From the NCBI RefSeq assembly GCF_018977255.1, contig NW_024704743.1, positions 372,001-436,000 on the forward strand: a stretch of DNA of 64,000 nt, written 5' to 3'. The notes beneath the pieces are model-generated. The model was not told where the DNA came from and searched no databases. It saw only the letters and a list, made by a program, of their open reading frames with translations. Numbering within the stretch: position 1 is the first letter of the stretch; each line of letters starts with the position of its first letter. Both the position numbers and the translations under genes were made by a program. Origin of the DNA: Callorhinchus milii. Taxonomy: Eukaryota. Shown one piece after another: positions 41,001 through 53,412 of the stretch.

Positions 41001-43649
41001 AAACCGAGGCCCTCCTGATTGGCTCACGTCAGCGCCTCCGCACCTCAGGCGCTGACACCATCAGCATCCAAGGCTGCACTCTCCACCTCTCAAAGCCAGT
41101 CAGGAACCTCGGCGTTTTGTTCGACCCTGAGCTGTCCTTTCTCCCTCACATCCGCACCACAACTGGCACCGCCTTCCATCACCTCCGGAATATCGCCAGA
41201 TTACGGCACTACCTCACCCCTCACGCTGCTGAAACCCTGGTTCACGCCTTTGTCACCTCAAGGCTGGACTATGGGAACTCTCTCCTCGCCGGCCTTCCCG
41301 CCACCTCCCTCCACAAGCTGCAGGTCATTCAGAACTCTGCAGCTCGTGTACTGTCCCGCACCAGGCTTCGGGACCACATCACTCCCACCCTCGCTCGCCT
41401 CCACTGGCTCCCCATCCCCCAGAGGATTGATTTCAAGATCCTCATCCTCACCTACAAGGCCATTCACGGCCTTGCTCCCTCCTACCTCTCCAACCTACTA
41501 TCCCCCTACCTACCTGCCCGTACCCTCCGTTCCTCTGGCTCCGGTCTGCTCCACGTCCCCCGCCCCAACCGCCCTACTATCGGTGGTCGGGCCTTCAGCC
41601 TCTCAGCCCCGAGGCTCTGGAACTCCATCCCCCAGTGCCTTCGCCTTGCTTCCTCCCTTTCCTCCTTCAAGGCCGGTCTCAAAACCTTTCTCTTTGACCG
41701 TGCCTTCAGCTCCCCTCTCGACTCTCTTCCTCCTCCTCGCTCCCTCCCTTCCCTCCCCTCACCCTGACCATTTCCCCCCTCCTCTCTCCCTCCCTTCCCT
41801 CCCCTCACCCTGACCATTTCCCCCCTGCTCGGGTCATGACCCAACTGTGCAGCGCCTTGGGACGTCCTCCTGACGTGAAAGGCGCTCTATAAATGGAATC
41901 TTGTTGTTGTTGTTGTTGTTGTTTGCAGAGCAGAGAGGGACACAGACTGGGACTGGGGCTGGAGGGGTGGGAGGGTGTGGGGGGGGGTGGGGGGGTGCGG
42001 ACAGGCACAGAGTGGGGAGAGGGACCGCGCGGGTCGGAAATGGGCCACGATGACTTCTTCAGCCGTGGGTCGCCGTTCGAGTGTTCGAGTTCCGCGCCTC
42101 TGAATCCTTTGTGTGCAAAGCCATTGCCTGGGGGCGTTGGGTGGGGGTGGGGGTGGGGTGGGTCGGGGGCGCTAGGGGGGTGGGGGGGGGCGGGGGGGAG
42201 TGAGAGAGTCCCTGTCTCTCCCGGGCGTGTGTTCCGTTTGCTATGAAAGGTCTCTCTCTCTCTCTCTCTGTTCAGTGCTGCCTTTAGGGTATTGCACGGC
42301 TTCATGTGACACTCAGGTGAAGCGTAGTTCACACACGGACAGAGGCATCAATAGAGCCTTTAGAGGGGGCAGAGGGTGGGGGGGGGTGGGAGTGGGGGGG
42401 GCACTGCGGAGAGAGGGGGAGGAGGGGGAGGGGGTGGAGATAGGGGGCATCCGAATCACCGGCTCCCAATCACCGAACGGATCGGTTTCAAGATCCTCTC
42501 ACTGCGTTTTCAAACCCCTTCAATCCCTCACACCTCCCCCTCCCTCCCTCCCCGACCTGCTTACCCCCCCCCCAACCCCCTCCCACCCATCACTGCCTCC
42601 GCTCGCCTGACCGCAGCCTCCCTCGTCCCCCCCTCCGCTCCACCACCACCAGCGGCCGTGACTTCAGCCGTTACCCCCCGAAACTCTGGAACTCTCTCCC
42701 TCGATCCCCCGCCTCGTGAAGCCACGACCTGATGATAATGAGCTTGAGCCAGACTGACACACACACGCACACGCACGCACACTCACACGCACACGCACAC
42801 TCACACGCGCACACGCGTATCACCCCCCCCCCCCCCCCCACAAATAAACAGTCACTTCACTGTGCAGCAAACTCCGCAGATGCTTCAAGGCAATGCCTCA
42901 AATTAGTCGGCGATGATTAACTGGGAATCATTACGAAGTTGGACACGGATCGCGGTTCCATGTCTCATCCACAAGATCTTCTCTCGGAAATGGGGTGTGT
43001 TTCCCCCCCTCCCTCGCTCCCTCCCTCCCCCCCTTCCTCGTTCCCTCCCCCCCTCCCTCCCCCCTCCCCCCCTCCCCCCCTCTTGAGGTGAGAGTGTGTG
43101 AGATGGAGAACATGCTAAGACGACAGATGTCGATAGCTTTTAAGGTCCTAACCCACTGAGCTTCGCTCCGTCAGCGCATTCATTACTGGAGAGTGAGCGA
43201 TGAGGACGGCTGAGCAGCACCGCCACTCTCACTGCTGCTGTGCTCCTCAAGGGCTGCACACACACACCCACACACACACCCACACACACACCCACACACA
43301 CACCCACACACACACCCACACACACACACCCACACACACACCACACACACACACCCACACACACACACACACACACCCACACACACACACCCACACACAC
43401 ACCCACACACACCCACACACACACCCCACACCCACACACACCCCCACCCACACCCACACACACACACCCACACACACACACACACACACCCACACACACA
43501 CACCCACACACACACCCACACACACACACACACACCTACACACACACACACACACCCACACACACACCCACACACACACACACACCCACCCACACACACA
43601 CACCCACACACACACCCCCCACACACACACACACACACACCCACACACA

Positions 43650-43684
<35 letters not shown>

Positions 43685-46600
43685 ACACACCCACACACAC
43701 ACCCCCACACACACACACACACACATTATTATTATTATTGTTACCCAGAGACACCCCACCTCCTCGGATCAGACCCTGAGATAGAGAACATGTGGGGGAA
43801 TGATGGCACTCAGGGGGGGACCGGGAGGCTCACAGTGTGCAACCAGACTGAACCCCCAAAATAGAGAAAGCCAATAATAATAATAACACATAACAACAAC
43901 AATAACAATACTGGCATTTGACTCAGCGCCTGATTCAGGTCTTCGAGACGTCTCAAAGCGCTTCGCGGGACGCACCGCAACGTGTAGTGACTGTGTGCTT
44001 CGCGGGCCGAATGCGGCAGCCAATTGCGCCCGGCGGCACATCGCACGTCTCAATCCGGAGGCCGTTGTCTTTTTTTTTCACAGGGTCCCCTCGGGCAGCA
44101 AAATCAGCCGCTGACTCACGCCCTCAACTCGCCCACTTGCCTCGTTCCCCCACACCCCCTCCCCCTCCCCCCCCACCCCCGCCCCGGCAGCGCCCCTCTC
44201 ACGTGAGCGCAGGGAGAAAGCGAGGGTTAGAGCGCTCTGCCGTGCGTTCCGCAAAGCGCTTTGCGCGGCCTCTCGGAGAGACGTGACGAGGCGGTGTGTC
44301 CGACGCGAGGATCGTTGGCGCTGTCGTTGCCGCGCGGGCAGACTGGGGTTGGCGGGGTTTACCGGTGGGGGGGGGGGGGGGGGATTTCGCGGAGAGTGAG
44401 TGCTTACTGGTGGTGTTGTACTTAATGCCGTTGAAGGTTTCGGGGCAGGAACGTGAGGCGACCTGTCCTGCCCGCGTCCGGGGCCAACACGTGCCGATCT
44501 GGTCCGTGGTGGCGTTGCAATAAACACCTACACTTAGAGGTGGGGGGAGAGAGAGGGGGGGAGAGAGAAGGGGGGAGAGTGAGAGAGAGATGGAGAAGAG
44601 AGAGAGGGGGGGAGAGAGAGGGGGGAGAGAGAGAAAGGGGGGAGAGAGAGAGGGGGGAGAGAGAGGGGGGAGAGAGAGAGAGAGGGGGGGAGAGAGAGAG
44701 AGGGGGGGGAGAGAGAGAGAGAGGGGGGGAGGGAGAGAGGGGTGGGGAGAGGGGTGAGAGAGAGAGAGAGAGGGGGGGATGGAGAGAGAGAAAGGGGGAG
44801 AGAACGAGAGGAGAGAGAGAGCGAAGGGATAGAGAGCGGGAAGGGGAAGAGAGGGGGATAGGGAATAGAGAGGGGGAGAGCACAAGAGGGGGAGAGAACG
44901 AGAGGAGGAGAGATGGGAGAGAGAGAGAGAGATAGAGGGGGGGGAGAGGGGAGAGGGGAGAGAGAGAGAGGGAGAGTTAGGAACATAAGAGCATAAAAAA
45001 GAAGATAATGTCCATCTAATTCTCCTTCCACTTTCCTGACCGTCGCCCGCACCCGTGTCCCGAACTCCCTCTGTACTGTATCCCATCGTATTATTTCCTA
45101 AAACTATCTGATCCGCGTTTGAAAGGGATCAACACTGAGGAGAGTGGGTGGGGAGAGAGAGGGGAGAGAAGGGAAGGGGAGAGAGGGCGGAGGGAGAGAG
45201 GGGAGAGGGAGAGGGGAGAGAAGAGAAGGGGAGAGAGAGCGGAGGGAGAGAGGGGAGAGGGAGAGGGGAGAGAAGAGAAGGAGGGAGGGAGAGAGGGGGG
45301 AGAGGGAGAGGGGAGAGAAGAGAAGGGGAGAGAGGGAGGAGGGAGAGAGGAGAGGGAGAGGGGAGAGGGAGAGAAGAGAAGGGGAGAGAGGGCGGAGGGA
45401 GAGGGGAGAGAAGAGAAGGGGAGAGAGAGCGGAGGGAGAGAGGGGGAGAGAGAGGGGAGAGAAGAGAAGGGGAGAGAGAGCGGAGGGAGAGAGGGAGAGA
45501 AGAAAAGGGGAGAGAGGGCGGAGGGAGAGAGGGGAGAGAAGAGAAGGGGAGAGAGGGCGGAGGGAGAGAGGGAGAGAAGAGAAGGGGAGAGAGGGCGGAG
45601 GGAGAGGGGGGAGAGGGAGAGGGGAGAGAAGAGAAGGGGAGAGAGAGTGAGGGAGGGGGAGAGAGAGGGGAGAGGGAGACGGGAGAGAAGAGAAGGGGAG
45701 AGAGGGCGGAGGGAGAGAGGGAGAGAGAGGGGAGAGGAGAAGAGAAGGGGAGAGAAGTGGGGGGGGGGAAGGAGAGAGGGGAGAGAGAGAGGGAGAGAGA
45801 GGGAGTGAGAGAGGGGGAAAGCGGAAGGAGAGCGAGACAGAGGAGGGGGAGAGTGGGGGGGAGAGGGGGAGAGAGATGGGGTTAATCCACGGGATATGAC
45901 AAATTCATATCGGGTCAATTTATTTTGCCCTTTCTTCGATGCAATTATTTCAGCCCCAGCGAAGAGAGAGGGAGAGAGACACAGAGAGAGAGAGAGAGAT
46001 AGGAGGGAGAGAGAGGCGGAGAGGGAGAGAGACAGAGAGGGAGAGAGACAGAGAAGGAGAGAGACACAGAGAGAGAGAGAGAGACACACACACAGACAGA
46101 GAGACTGATGGAGAGAGAGACACACAGAGAGACACAGACAGAGAGACTGATGGAGAGAGAGAGAGACACAGACAGAGAGAGAGAGACGGACAGAGAGAGA
46201 CTGATGGAGAGAGAGAGACACAGACAGAGAGAGAGAGAGAGAGACACAGACAGAGAGAGACTGGTGGAGAGAGAGAGAGACACAGACAGAGAGAGAGAGA
46301 GAGAGACACAGACAGAGAGAGACTGATGGAGAGAGAGACACACAGAGAGAGACTGATGGAGAGAGAGAGACACAGACAGAAAGAGAGAGACACAGACAGA
46401 GAGAGACTGATGGAGAGAGAGAGAGAAAGACACAGACAGAGAGAGAGAGACATAGACAGAGAAACTGATGGAGAGAGAGACACAGACAGAGAAACTGATG
46501 GAGAGAGAGACACAGAGAGACACAGACAGAGAGAGACTGATGGAGAGAGAGAGACACAGACAGAAAGAGAGAGACACAGAGAGAGACTGATGGAGAGACA

Positions 46601-46947
46601 CAGACAGAGAGAGACTGATGGAGAGAGACAGACAGACAGAGAGAGAGAGAGAGAGACACACAGACAGAGAGAGAGAGAGAGAGACACACAGACAGAGAGA
46701 GACTGATGGAGAGAGACACACAGACAGAGAGAGAGAGAGAGAGAGAGACACAGACAGAGAGAGACTGATGGAGAGACACAGACAGAGAGAGAGAGAGAGA
46801 GAGAGACACCGACAGGGTGTGATTCTCACCAGAGAGATCAAACTGAGCGGGAATGTCAGACGGATAGAAACTGTCCTGGAAAAGGTCGAAGAGGCTGCAG
46901 TTGGGATCGAACTCGTCAATTATAATCTGGAAGATGTCGGGGTCCAT
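29667..46947 (-). CDS. CRHR2: Corticotropin-releasing hormone receptor 2, alpha-type isoform, 5' part (ECD plus TM1); partial
   Basis: Join (minus) 46947-46830, 44527-44408, 36038-35953, 29773-29667 gives [125 protein letters not shown] introns, phases consistent. Confidence 0.93.
33800..35015 (+). mobile_element. DeuSINE-like element split by a CAC/CAT expansion
   Basis: Head GACTCTCGACTCCGAGTCAGGGGACCACGGGTTCAAACCCC, core GGATGAAAGATTAAACC..CAGGTGGACGTTAAAGAT..TGGTGTCCTG; the tail resumes after 34880 (GTAAAGCACTTTGAGA). Confidence 0.6.
34128..34882. repeat. (CAC/CAT)n trinucleotide expansion
   Basis: Directly visible. Confidence 0.95.
35371..35806 (+). mobile_element. tRNA-derived SINE, full length (dominant family)
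   Basis: Head, internal CA tract, GCCTCTGTTTACCCGGCGGTAAGTAGGAACCCGG segment, tail and (ATT)n. Confidence 0.88.
35953..36038 (-). CDS. CRHR2: CRHR2 ECD exon
   Basis: [28 protein letters not shown]; 86 nt. Confidence 0.95.
38830..39050 (-). mobile_element. L2-type LINE 3' fragment
   Basis: [36 protein letters not shown]. Confidence 0.75.
39700..41922 (+). mobile_element. 5'-truncated L2-type (CR1 group) LINE with an intact RT reading frame, antisense within a CRHR2 intron
   Basis: Open frame from about 39704 ([11 protein letters not shown]) to stop 41767 with [42 protein letters not shown] and YADDTQ. No endonuclease domain. 3' tail GGGACGTCCTCCTGACGTGAAAGGCGCTCTATAAATG plus (TTG)n. Confidence 0.95.
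39785..41767 (+). CDS. LINE ORF2 reverse transcriptase (N-terminally truncated)
   Basis: 660-aa ORF with the non-LTR RT motifs listed for the LINE. Confidence 0.85.
   Translation: MRAAERTCVKSGLTVHRQIWLDLLKIYRSTLASAKSSFYSRIILEAKNNPRLLFSTTSRLLRPPRHPAQVISSNLHCEEMLDFLESKIKGIRSAVTSPPTSTHHPPLPSHTPTPTHPPLHTFVPVSPPSVTELILSLKPTTCSLDPIPTPLLISQLHFLAPHITDIINLSLSSGSVPIPLKTAIITPTLKKPSLDASQLSSYRPISNLPFLSKVLERVVASQLRSFLSTHSLFEPLQSGFRAAHSTETALVKVTNDILTICDQGSLCLLVLLDLSAAFDTVDHAILLHRLSSHLNLQGTVLEWFSSYLSHRLHFVSTNGFSSTPRTVSCGVPQGSVLGPLLFTLYMLPLGDIIRKHGVNFHMYADDTQLYLSSSTLNSTTTDVLTACLSDIESWTRDNFLQLNVRKTEALLIGSRQRLRTSGADTISIQGCTLHLSKPVRNLGVLFDPELSFLPHIRTTTGTAFHHLRNIARLRHYLTPHAAETLVHAFVTSRLDYGNSLLAGLPATSLHKLQVIQNSAARVLSRTRLRDHITPTLARLHWLPIPQRIDFKILILTYKAIHGLAPSYLSNLLSPYLPARTLRSSGSGLLHVPRPNRPTIGGRAFSLSAPRLWNSIPQCLRLASSLSSFKAGLKTFLFDRAFSSPLDSLPPPRSLPSLPSP
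43257..43724. repeat. (CA)n/(CACC) microsatellite
   Basis: Directly visible. Confidence 0.95.
44408..44527 (-). CDS. CRHR2: CRHR2 first shared ECD exon
   Basis: [39 protein letters not shown]; 120 nt; donor GTAAGC. Confidence 0.95.
45135..46810. repeat. Long GA-rich tandem arrays (GGAGAGAAGAGAAGG.. and GAGACTGATGGAGAGAGAGACACAGACA units)
   Basis: Directly visible; a short unique spacer lies at about 45880-45960. Confidence 0.9.
46830..46947 (-). CDS. CRHR2: CRHR2 alpha-type first exon
   Basis: [39 protein letters not shown] closely resembles amphibian CRF2(a) MDSTIFEIIIDEFDANCSLLDAFQDSF (recalled); phase-1 donor GTGAGA. Confidence 0.93.
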
Positions 46948-47957
46948 GACGGGGGGGAACGGGGAATTATATCGTTTCCCCAAACAAATAGAAATAAGCT
47001 GAACGCAGTTTTTCTTTTGGGATGTGAGCGTGTTACTTTGCCCTCGCTCTCTCCCTCTCTCTCTCTCGCTCTCTCTCTCGCTCTCCTCGCTCTGTCTCTC
47101 TCTCTCTCTCGCTCTCCTCGCTCTGTCTCTTGCTCTCGCTAGCTCGCTCTCGCTCTTTCTCTCTGTCTCTTGCTCTCTCGCTCTGTCTCTCTCTTTCCCT
47201 CTAGCTTTCCTCTCTCTCTCTCTCGCTCTGTCTCTCTCTCTCGCTCTCCTCGCTCTGTCTCTTGCTCTCGCTAGCTCGCTCTCGCTCTTTCGCTCTCTCT
47301 CTCTCTCTCTCTCACACTCTCTCTCCCTCACTCTCTGTCTCGCGCTCTCTCTGAATTTGTGACTCCTCTCTCTCTCTCTCGCTCTGTCTCCCTCTCTCTT
47401 TCTTCCTCTCCCGTGCTCACTTTCTCTCTCTCTCTCTCTCTCTCTGTCTTTCCTCACTCTCTCGTCTCTCTTTCCATGCGTCTTGTTTTATTCTGGCTCC
47501 TGCTCTCTATCTCTATCTCCCGCTATCTCCCGCTATCTCTCTCTCTCTGTCTGTCGCTCTCTTGTCTCTGCGTCTCACTCTCTTGACTGTCTTAACTGTG
47601 TATCACTCTCTGTGTCTCTCTCTGCGTCTGTGAGTTTGCGTCTCTCTCTCTGTGTGTCTGTGCGTCTGTGTGTGTGTGTGTGTGTACGTGTCTGTGTGTG
47701 TCCCTCTCTCTCGCTCTCTCTCTCTCTGTGTCTCTCACACACTGCCTCTCTCTCTCTCTCTCTATCTCTCCGCGTGTCTCTCACACACTGCCTCGTTGCG
47801 TCTCTCTCTCTCTCTCTCTCTCCCTCTATCTCTGTGGTTTAAAGCCTCGGTCCCTTCCCTCCACACAGTCCATCCTCCCAACCAATGGAAGCTCAGCAGC
47901 TGCTGTGCCAAATAACATCAAGGCTTTTAGTTAATGAATTACGAGTCGTTTCCCTGC

Positions 47958-47989
<32 letters not shown>

Positions 47990-49559
47990 GATTGTCAGTC
48001 TGTCCTCCTCCCTCTCCTCCACTCTCACACCCTCCCCTCCTCTCTCTCTCTCTCTCTCGCTCTCTCTCTGTGTCGCTCTAATTAGCCATCCCCGGAGCTG
48101 GAGCTAATTTCTTCTCTTGACCTCTCCCTAACTGCCTCGTCTCTCGATCTCCCCTCTCTCTCTCTCTCTCTCTCTGTCTCTCCCGGTTCCCCCCACCCCC
48201 TCTCTCTCTATCTCTCGCTCTCTCTCGTCTCGCTGTCTCTCTCTCACACTCTCTCTCTCTGCCAGTATGATAAGAAATAATAATAATAAGCCTTGCATTT
48301 GATGCACCGCCTTATCATTTCTTTGAGACGTGTCTAAGTGCTTCACAGGATACACTGTAAGGTTTAGTGACTGTGCATTTTGTGGTGAAGTGTCTCTGTC
48401 AGTCTCTCTCTCCTCTCTCTGTATCTCTCTCTCTCTCTCTCTGTCTCTCCCAGTTCCCCCTCTGTCTCTGTGTGTGTATGTCTGACTCTCTCAGTCTCTC
48501 TCTCTCTCTCTGACTCTCCACTCAGTTTCTCTCTGATCTCAGTCTCTCGCTCAGTCTCTCTCTCTCTCTAACTCTCTCAGTCGCGCTCTCTGTCTCTCTC
48601 TCTCTCTCTCTCTCCCAGTCTCTCGCTTCTCAGTCTGTCTCTGTGACTTTCTCAGTCTCCCTCGCACTCTCTCGGTCTCTCTCCGGACAGACAAGAGGGA
48701 GATCGAGAGATGGGTTCAGACACCAATTCCTGCCTTAGGCAGCAGATGCCACAAAACTGATCTATATATTGAGCTCCGTGCCTCAGACCGGCTCAGAGGC
48801 ATTATTGCCCCCGGAAAGAGATCACGCCATTCAACCGCTTACTGCTGGGTAAGCGGAGGCGTGTGGAGTAAGGAAAGGTTCTCCCTGCCCGGGAATCGAA
48901 CCAGGGTCCTCTCTTGCCTGCAGAGGTGAGCGCTCAAATGTCTAAACTTCACGACTCCGCGATGGTGAGGTGCCCGTCCTGTCTCTGTCCCTGTGCCTCT
49001 CGCAGAAGGTAAAGGACGTTAAAAGTCCCGCGACGCTGCTGGAAAAGAGAAGGGAGTTTCACCCCAACTCCGTGTTATAGGAGCCCCGTAGCGTACTGGT
49101 TAGAGCACTCGCCGAGCGAGCGAGCGAGCGAGTGAGCGAGCGAGAGGACTCAGTCAGCGGGAACCCGGTTGTTCGCCGATTGATCGCTTCTCCGGGGGAA
49201 ATGATCCCTCGTAATAAATAATGATAATAATAAATCTGGTCGCTCGATCCACGACTCTTTGCGGGGACGCTGCTGTGCGCAATTCGGCTGCTGCGTTCGG
49301 CCCCCCAAAACACGCAGTCACCGCGCTTCACAGTGTATTTCGGCGAAGCGCTTTGAGACGTCTCGACGACGCGATAAGGCGCTGTAGCGAATGTAAGGAT
49401 TGCGATTCTTATTACCCATTCTCTCTCGCTGTTCAGCAGCTGCGCTGTTTGGAATGTTTGCCCACGTATTCAGTCACCGCATGTAAATGCAATTACACGT
49501 AAAGTGGCTTTTCCGTGTGAAAGGGCGGGTTAAACATACCCTTAAAGTCCATCACACGC

Positions 49560-49824
49560 TGACAGGCTGAGAGAGAGGGAGAGAGAGAGAGACTGAGACA
49601 GCGAGAGAGAGAGAGACTGAGAGAGAGAGAGAGACTGAGCGGGAGGGACACAGAGAGACTGCGGAGGGGGAGACCGAGAGAGAGAGAGACTGAGAGGGAA
49701 AGACACTGAGGGGGAGAGAGAGAGAGAGACTGAGAGAGAGAGAAACACTGAGCGGGAGGGACAGAGAGAGACTGCGGAGGGGGAGACCGAGAGAGAGAGA
49801 GACTGAGAGGGAAAGACACTGAAG

Positions 49825-49867
<43 letters not shown>

Positions 49868-49907
49868 TGAGCGGGAGGGACAGAGAGAGACTGCGGAGGG
49901 GGAGACC

Positions 49908-49939
<32 letters not shown>

Positions 49940-50060
49940 CTGAGGGGGAGGGACAGAGAGAGACTGCGGAGGGGGAGACCGAGAGAGAGAGAGAGAGAGA
50001 GAGAAGACACTGAGGGGGAGAGAGAGAAAGACTGAGAGTGAGACTGAGAAAGGGACTGAG
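49560..50060. repeat. Tandem repeat with core GACTGCGGAGGGGGAGACCGAGAG (4 units)
   Basis: Directly visible. Confidence 0.8.
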
Positions 50061-50104
50061 AGAGAAAGGGAGAGCGGAACCGAGTAGAGAGAGATATAAC
50101 ACAA

Positions 50105-50440
50105 AATAAATAATAACAATCCTCGCAGTTGATGCAGCGCCTCATCACGTCGTTGAGACGTCTCAAAGCGCTTCATAGAATACACCATAAAGTGTAGTGA
50201 CCGTGCATTTTGCGGGCGAAACGTGGCAGCCAATTGCACGCAAACAGCCGCGGATTGAGTGACCAATTTTATTCTTTTTTTTTCTTGAGGGATTATTATC
50301 AGCCGTGTGTGTGCGCGCGCGCGTGCGCGTGTGTGTGTGTGTGTGGAGTGAGGAGACCTGCCCAAGGTTTCGCCCGGCCCGGGAATCGAACCCAGGTCCT
50401 CTCGCTCGCGAGGCCAGCGCTCCGACCACTGAGCTACGGG
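50105..50440 (-). mobile_element. tRNA-derived SINE (dominant family)
   Basis: Reverse complement of head, CA tract and tail. Confidence 0.85.
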
Positions 50441-51024
50441 GCAGATAGACTGAGAAAACCGAGATAGAGAGCTGGGAAATGGCATTAGTAATAAAAACAC
50501 AAAACGGGGGAAATTTACAGGACAGGAAGGGTTGAAGCCTTTCCGCCTGTCGTGTGTTATCATTGTCTACTCCCTGTTTGATATATTCCTCCCTTTAGAT
50601 CCGTTAGATCCTCAAGGAACGACCCCACAAACAGCCCTGCACGTGAGCGGCGCGAGCAACGGTCCCAGTCCGCAGTCTGTTACTGCGGAGAGTTATCGCG
50701 TCAACCCCTTGTGGATGGTTCGTGTTAATGGGACGGTTTCCAACAAATTATCTACAGCTCAATTAAGCCGAACCTGACTCCAGCAGAAGCCGCAAACGGA
50801 AAAGTCCTGCGCTGTTAATAAATCCTTGCACTCGATGTACGCGCCGGTAGAGACGTCTCGAAGCGCTTCACGGAAATATACCGTCAAGTGGGGTGACCGT
50901 GGGGGCAAACCGCCGTGGACGGAGGTCTCCAAACCGAGCTGAGAACTCCACGCCTCCCACCTACGCGTGGAGAGCCCGGAGATAGAGTGTCGGAAGGGTT
51001 TAGCTGTTAACCTGTGGTATTTAC

Positions 51025-51103
51025 CTGTGATGTTGGGGATGGAGAGTGCCTCACAATCTGCCCGCAAGGCCGTGGGGAGGCACGACAGATCAGCAGGAGC
51101 CAA
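51025..51103 (-). CDS. CRHR2: Putative CRHR2 beta-type exon 1b
   Basis: TTTGACAG|LAPADLSCLPTALRADCEALSIPNIT-G|GTAAAT; 79 nt, phase 0 to 1; DCEALS..NITG parallels CRHR1 QHCESLS..NISG. Confidence 0.75.
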
Positions 51104-51837
51104 CTGTCAAATAAGATCGAAAGAATCTGTTAAATAATCCTAAATATAATGCATAATAACAACAAAGTACAACAACAATAATACTACATTATGACACAGA
51201 ATAAAATCACGATGACGTGGTTAGTTTCAGCACCTTTCAAGTCAAGGGGTTACTGCTTCGGTCACCGGTACGATATCGTAGGAACATATCATCGCGTAAT
51301 CGTAAAACAGAAATTAAATGATAAAAGGATAAAGAATTTATTTTAAAGCATTAAAAATCTGCGACAGCAAAATCGCACAGTTGTAGAAACTGTCGTTGTA
51401 AAACGTTAGGCTGATGATTTATTTAATACGATGAAATACAACATCAATAAAACATAATACTTTTTTTGCTTCAGAGGATGTGCTGTCACCGGCTAACGCC
51501 ACATAAATATAATTAGGAATACAATAATCCTTCCACGTGCTATAGCGCCTTATCATGTTGTTAAGTCGCTTCGCAGAATAGACTGCAAAGTGAATTGACT
51601 GTGTATTTTGTGGGCGAAACGCGGCAGACAAATTCCACCCAGCGGCGTCCCCACGAACAGCCGTGGATTGAGTGACCAAAGTATTATTATTATTTTTCGG
51701 GGGAGAGACTATTTAGCCCCGGAAAGCGATCCGCCGCCCATCGATTAACAACGGGGTTCCTACATACTGCTGGGCAAACAGAGGCGTGCGTGCGGAGTAA
51801 GGAAACTTGCCCGAGGTTTCGCCCCGACCCCGAGAGG

Positions 51838-52195
51838 CCGGGAATGTTCTCTTTAGAGCAGAAAATCTTTCTTGACACAGAGAGTTATTACGGTCTGGAA
51901 CGCGCTGCCGGAAAGGGCGATGGAAACAGATTCAATAAGAACTTTCAAAAGGGAATTGGATCGGAAATTAAAAAGGAAAACATCGCAGGGTCTGTGGGGT
52001 AAGAGCGGGGGGTGGAGGGGGGTGGGGGGGAGTGGGACTGATTGGGGTAAGAGTGGGGGGGAGCGGGACTGATTGGGGTAAGAGCGGGGGGGAGTGGGAC
52101 TTCTAGACATCTTTGTTGGTAGCTCTTCCAAAGGGCCCACACGGACAGGAACGTTGGGTCAAATGGCCGCCCCCTGTGCTGCGATGTCCTATGGC
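51838..52195 (+). mobile_element. CR1-type LINE 3' fragment
   Basis: TQRVITVWNALPERAMETDSIRTFKRELDRKL is a CR1 ORF2 C-terminus; a tail with AATGGCC follows. Confidence 0.8.
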
Positions 52196-53004
52196 TCCAT
52201 AGACCTCCCCCCCCCCCCCCACCATTAAACCTGAGAGATCATTAACGCACTTAAAGAGATGGATCCCACCAGGTCGCAAGTAACATCAATAAATCTCCAC
52301 TTTATCTCGAAATAAACCCCAAACGGTTCACGAAAGGCTCATCAACTCCCTTTATCCGTGGAGCCATCAGCGGTTAGAGAGGACCTGGGTTCGATTCCCG
52401 GGCAGGACAGGGCGAAACCTTGGGTAAGTGTCCTTACTCCGCACACACACACCTGATAATAATCCCTCAAGAAACAAAACGGACATTAATAAAAAAAAAT
52501 TGTCCTTTTCCGGGGCCGCCGCTGGGCGCAATTGGCCGCCGCGTTCCGCCCCACCCACACGCAGTCGATTCCCTTCGCGGTGTATTCCGCGAAGCGCTTT
52601 GAGGCGTCTCGAAGACCTGATAAGGCGCTGTATCAAAAGCCAGGATTGTGATGATCGTTTATCGGAGGTTACGGTTTATTTGAATCTCCAGCAAAACTGG
52701 ATCGAGAGACTACGCCCCTCGGGTTTCAGCCCGGAGTGCGGCACTCCCTTCCTGTCGTCAGCCGCGAGAGCCCCGGGATACTGCGCCCCCCCCCCCGGCA
52801 CAGGAACCCGGGGGCTAGAGACCGGCACAGAGAACGCTATACCTGCAATAACTCAAAGCGTCGCCTATTCTCGTCGGGGGGGGGGAAAAAAAGAGGTTTA
52901 GAGAGCCACAAAAGCCCCGAGCGCTCTCGAATTTGGGTCAGGTGTAACTATTTACACACACGCAGTACGGAAGCAGGTCATGGCTGTCTATCGCACTTAA
53001 TGTG

Positions 53005-53412
53005 GGAGTCCTGTAGTTCAGCGGTTAGAGCCCGAGCCCTCGTCCAAGCCACGGGACCCGGGTTCGATTCCCGGGCGGGACTAAACCCGAGGCAAGTTTC
53101 CTCACTCCGCGCACCTCTGTTGGCCCAGCAGTTAAGTAGGAACCCCGGTTGTTAGTCGTTTGGCGGATCGCTTTCCGAAGGAAAATAATACCCTTCGAAA
53201 GAAAAAGAAATAATAATAATTCGGTCACTTCAATCCACGACTGTCCGTGGAGGTGGGGGGGGGGAGAACGCCGCTGTGCGTAATTGGCTGCCCGCGTTTC
53301 GCCCACGAAATATACAGTCACTACGCTTTACAGTGTGTTCTGTGAAGCTTTGAGACGTCTCGAACAGGTGATAGGAAGCCATATCAAATGCAAGGATTAT
53401 TATTATTTATTA
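53005..53412 (+). mobile_element. tRNA-derived SINE, full length (dominant family)
   Basis: Head to (ATT)n tail. Confidence 0.85.

Noticed and set aside
42327..42348. RE1/NRSE-like motif TTCACACACGGACAGAGG
   Set aside because: The left half and spacing do not fit the consensus.
29667..46947. Assignment of the receptor to CRHR1
   Set aside because: [23 protein letters not shown] and the alpha-type first exon are CRHR2 signatures.
45091..47457. 788-aa minus ORF
   Set aside because: Stop-free microsatellite translation; only 46830-46947 is a real exon.
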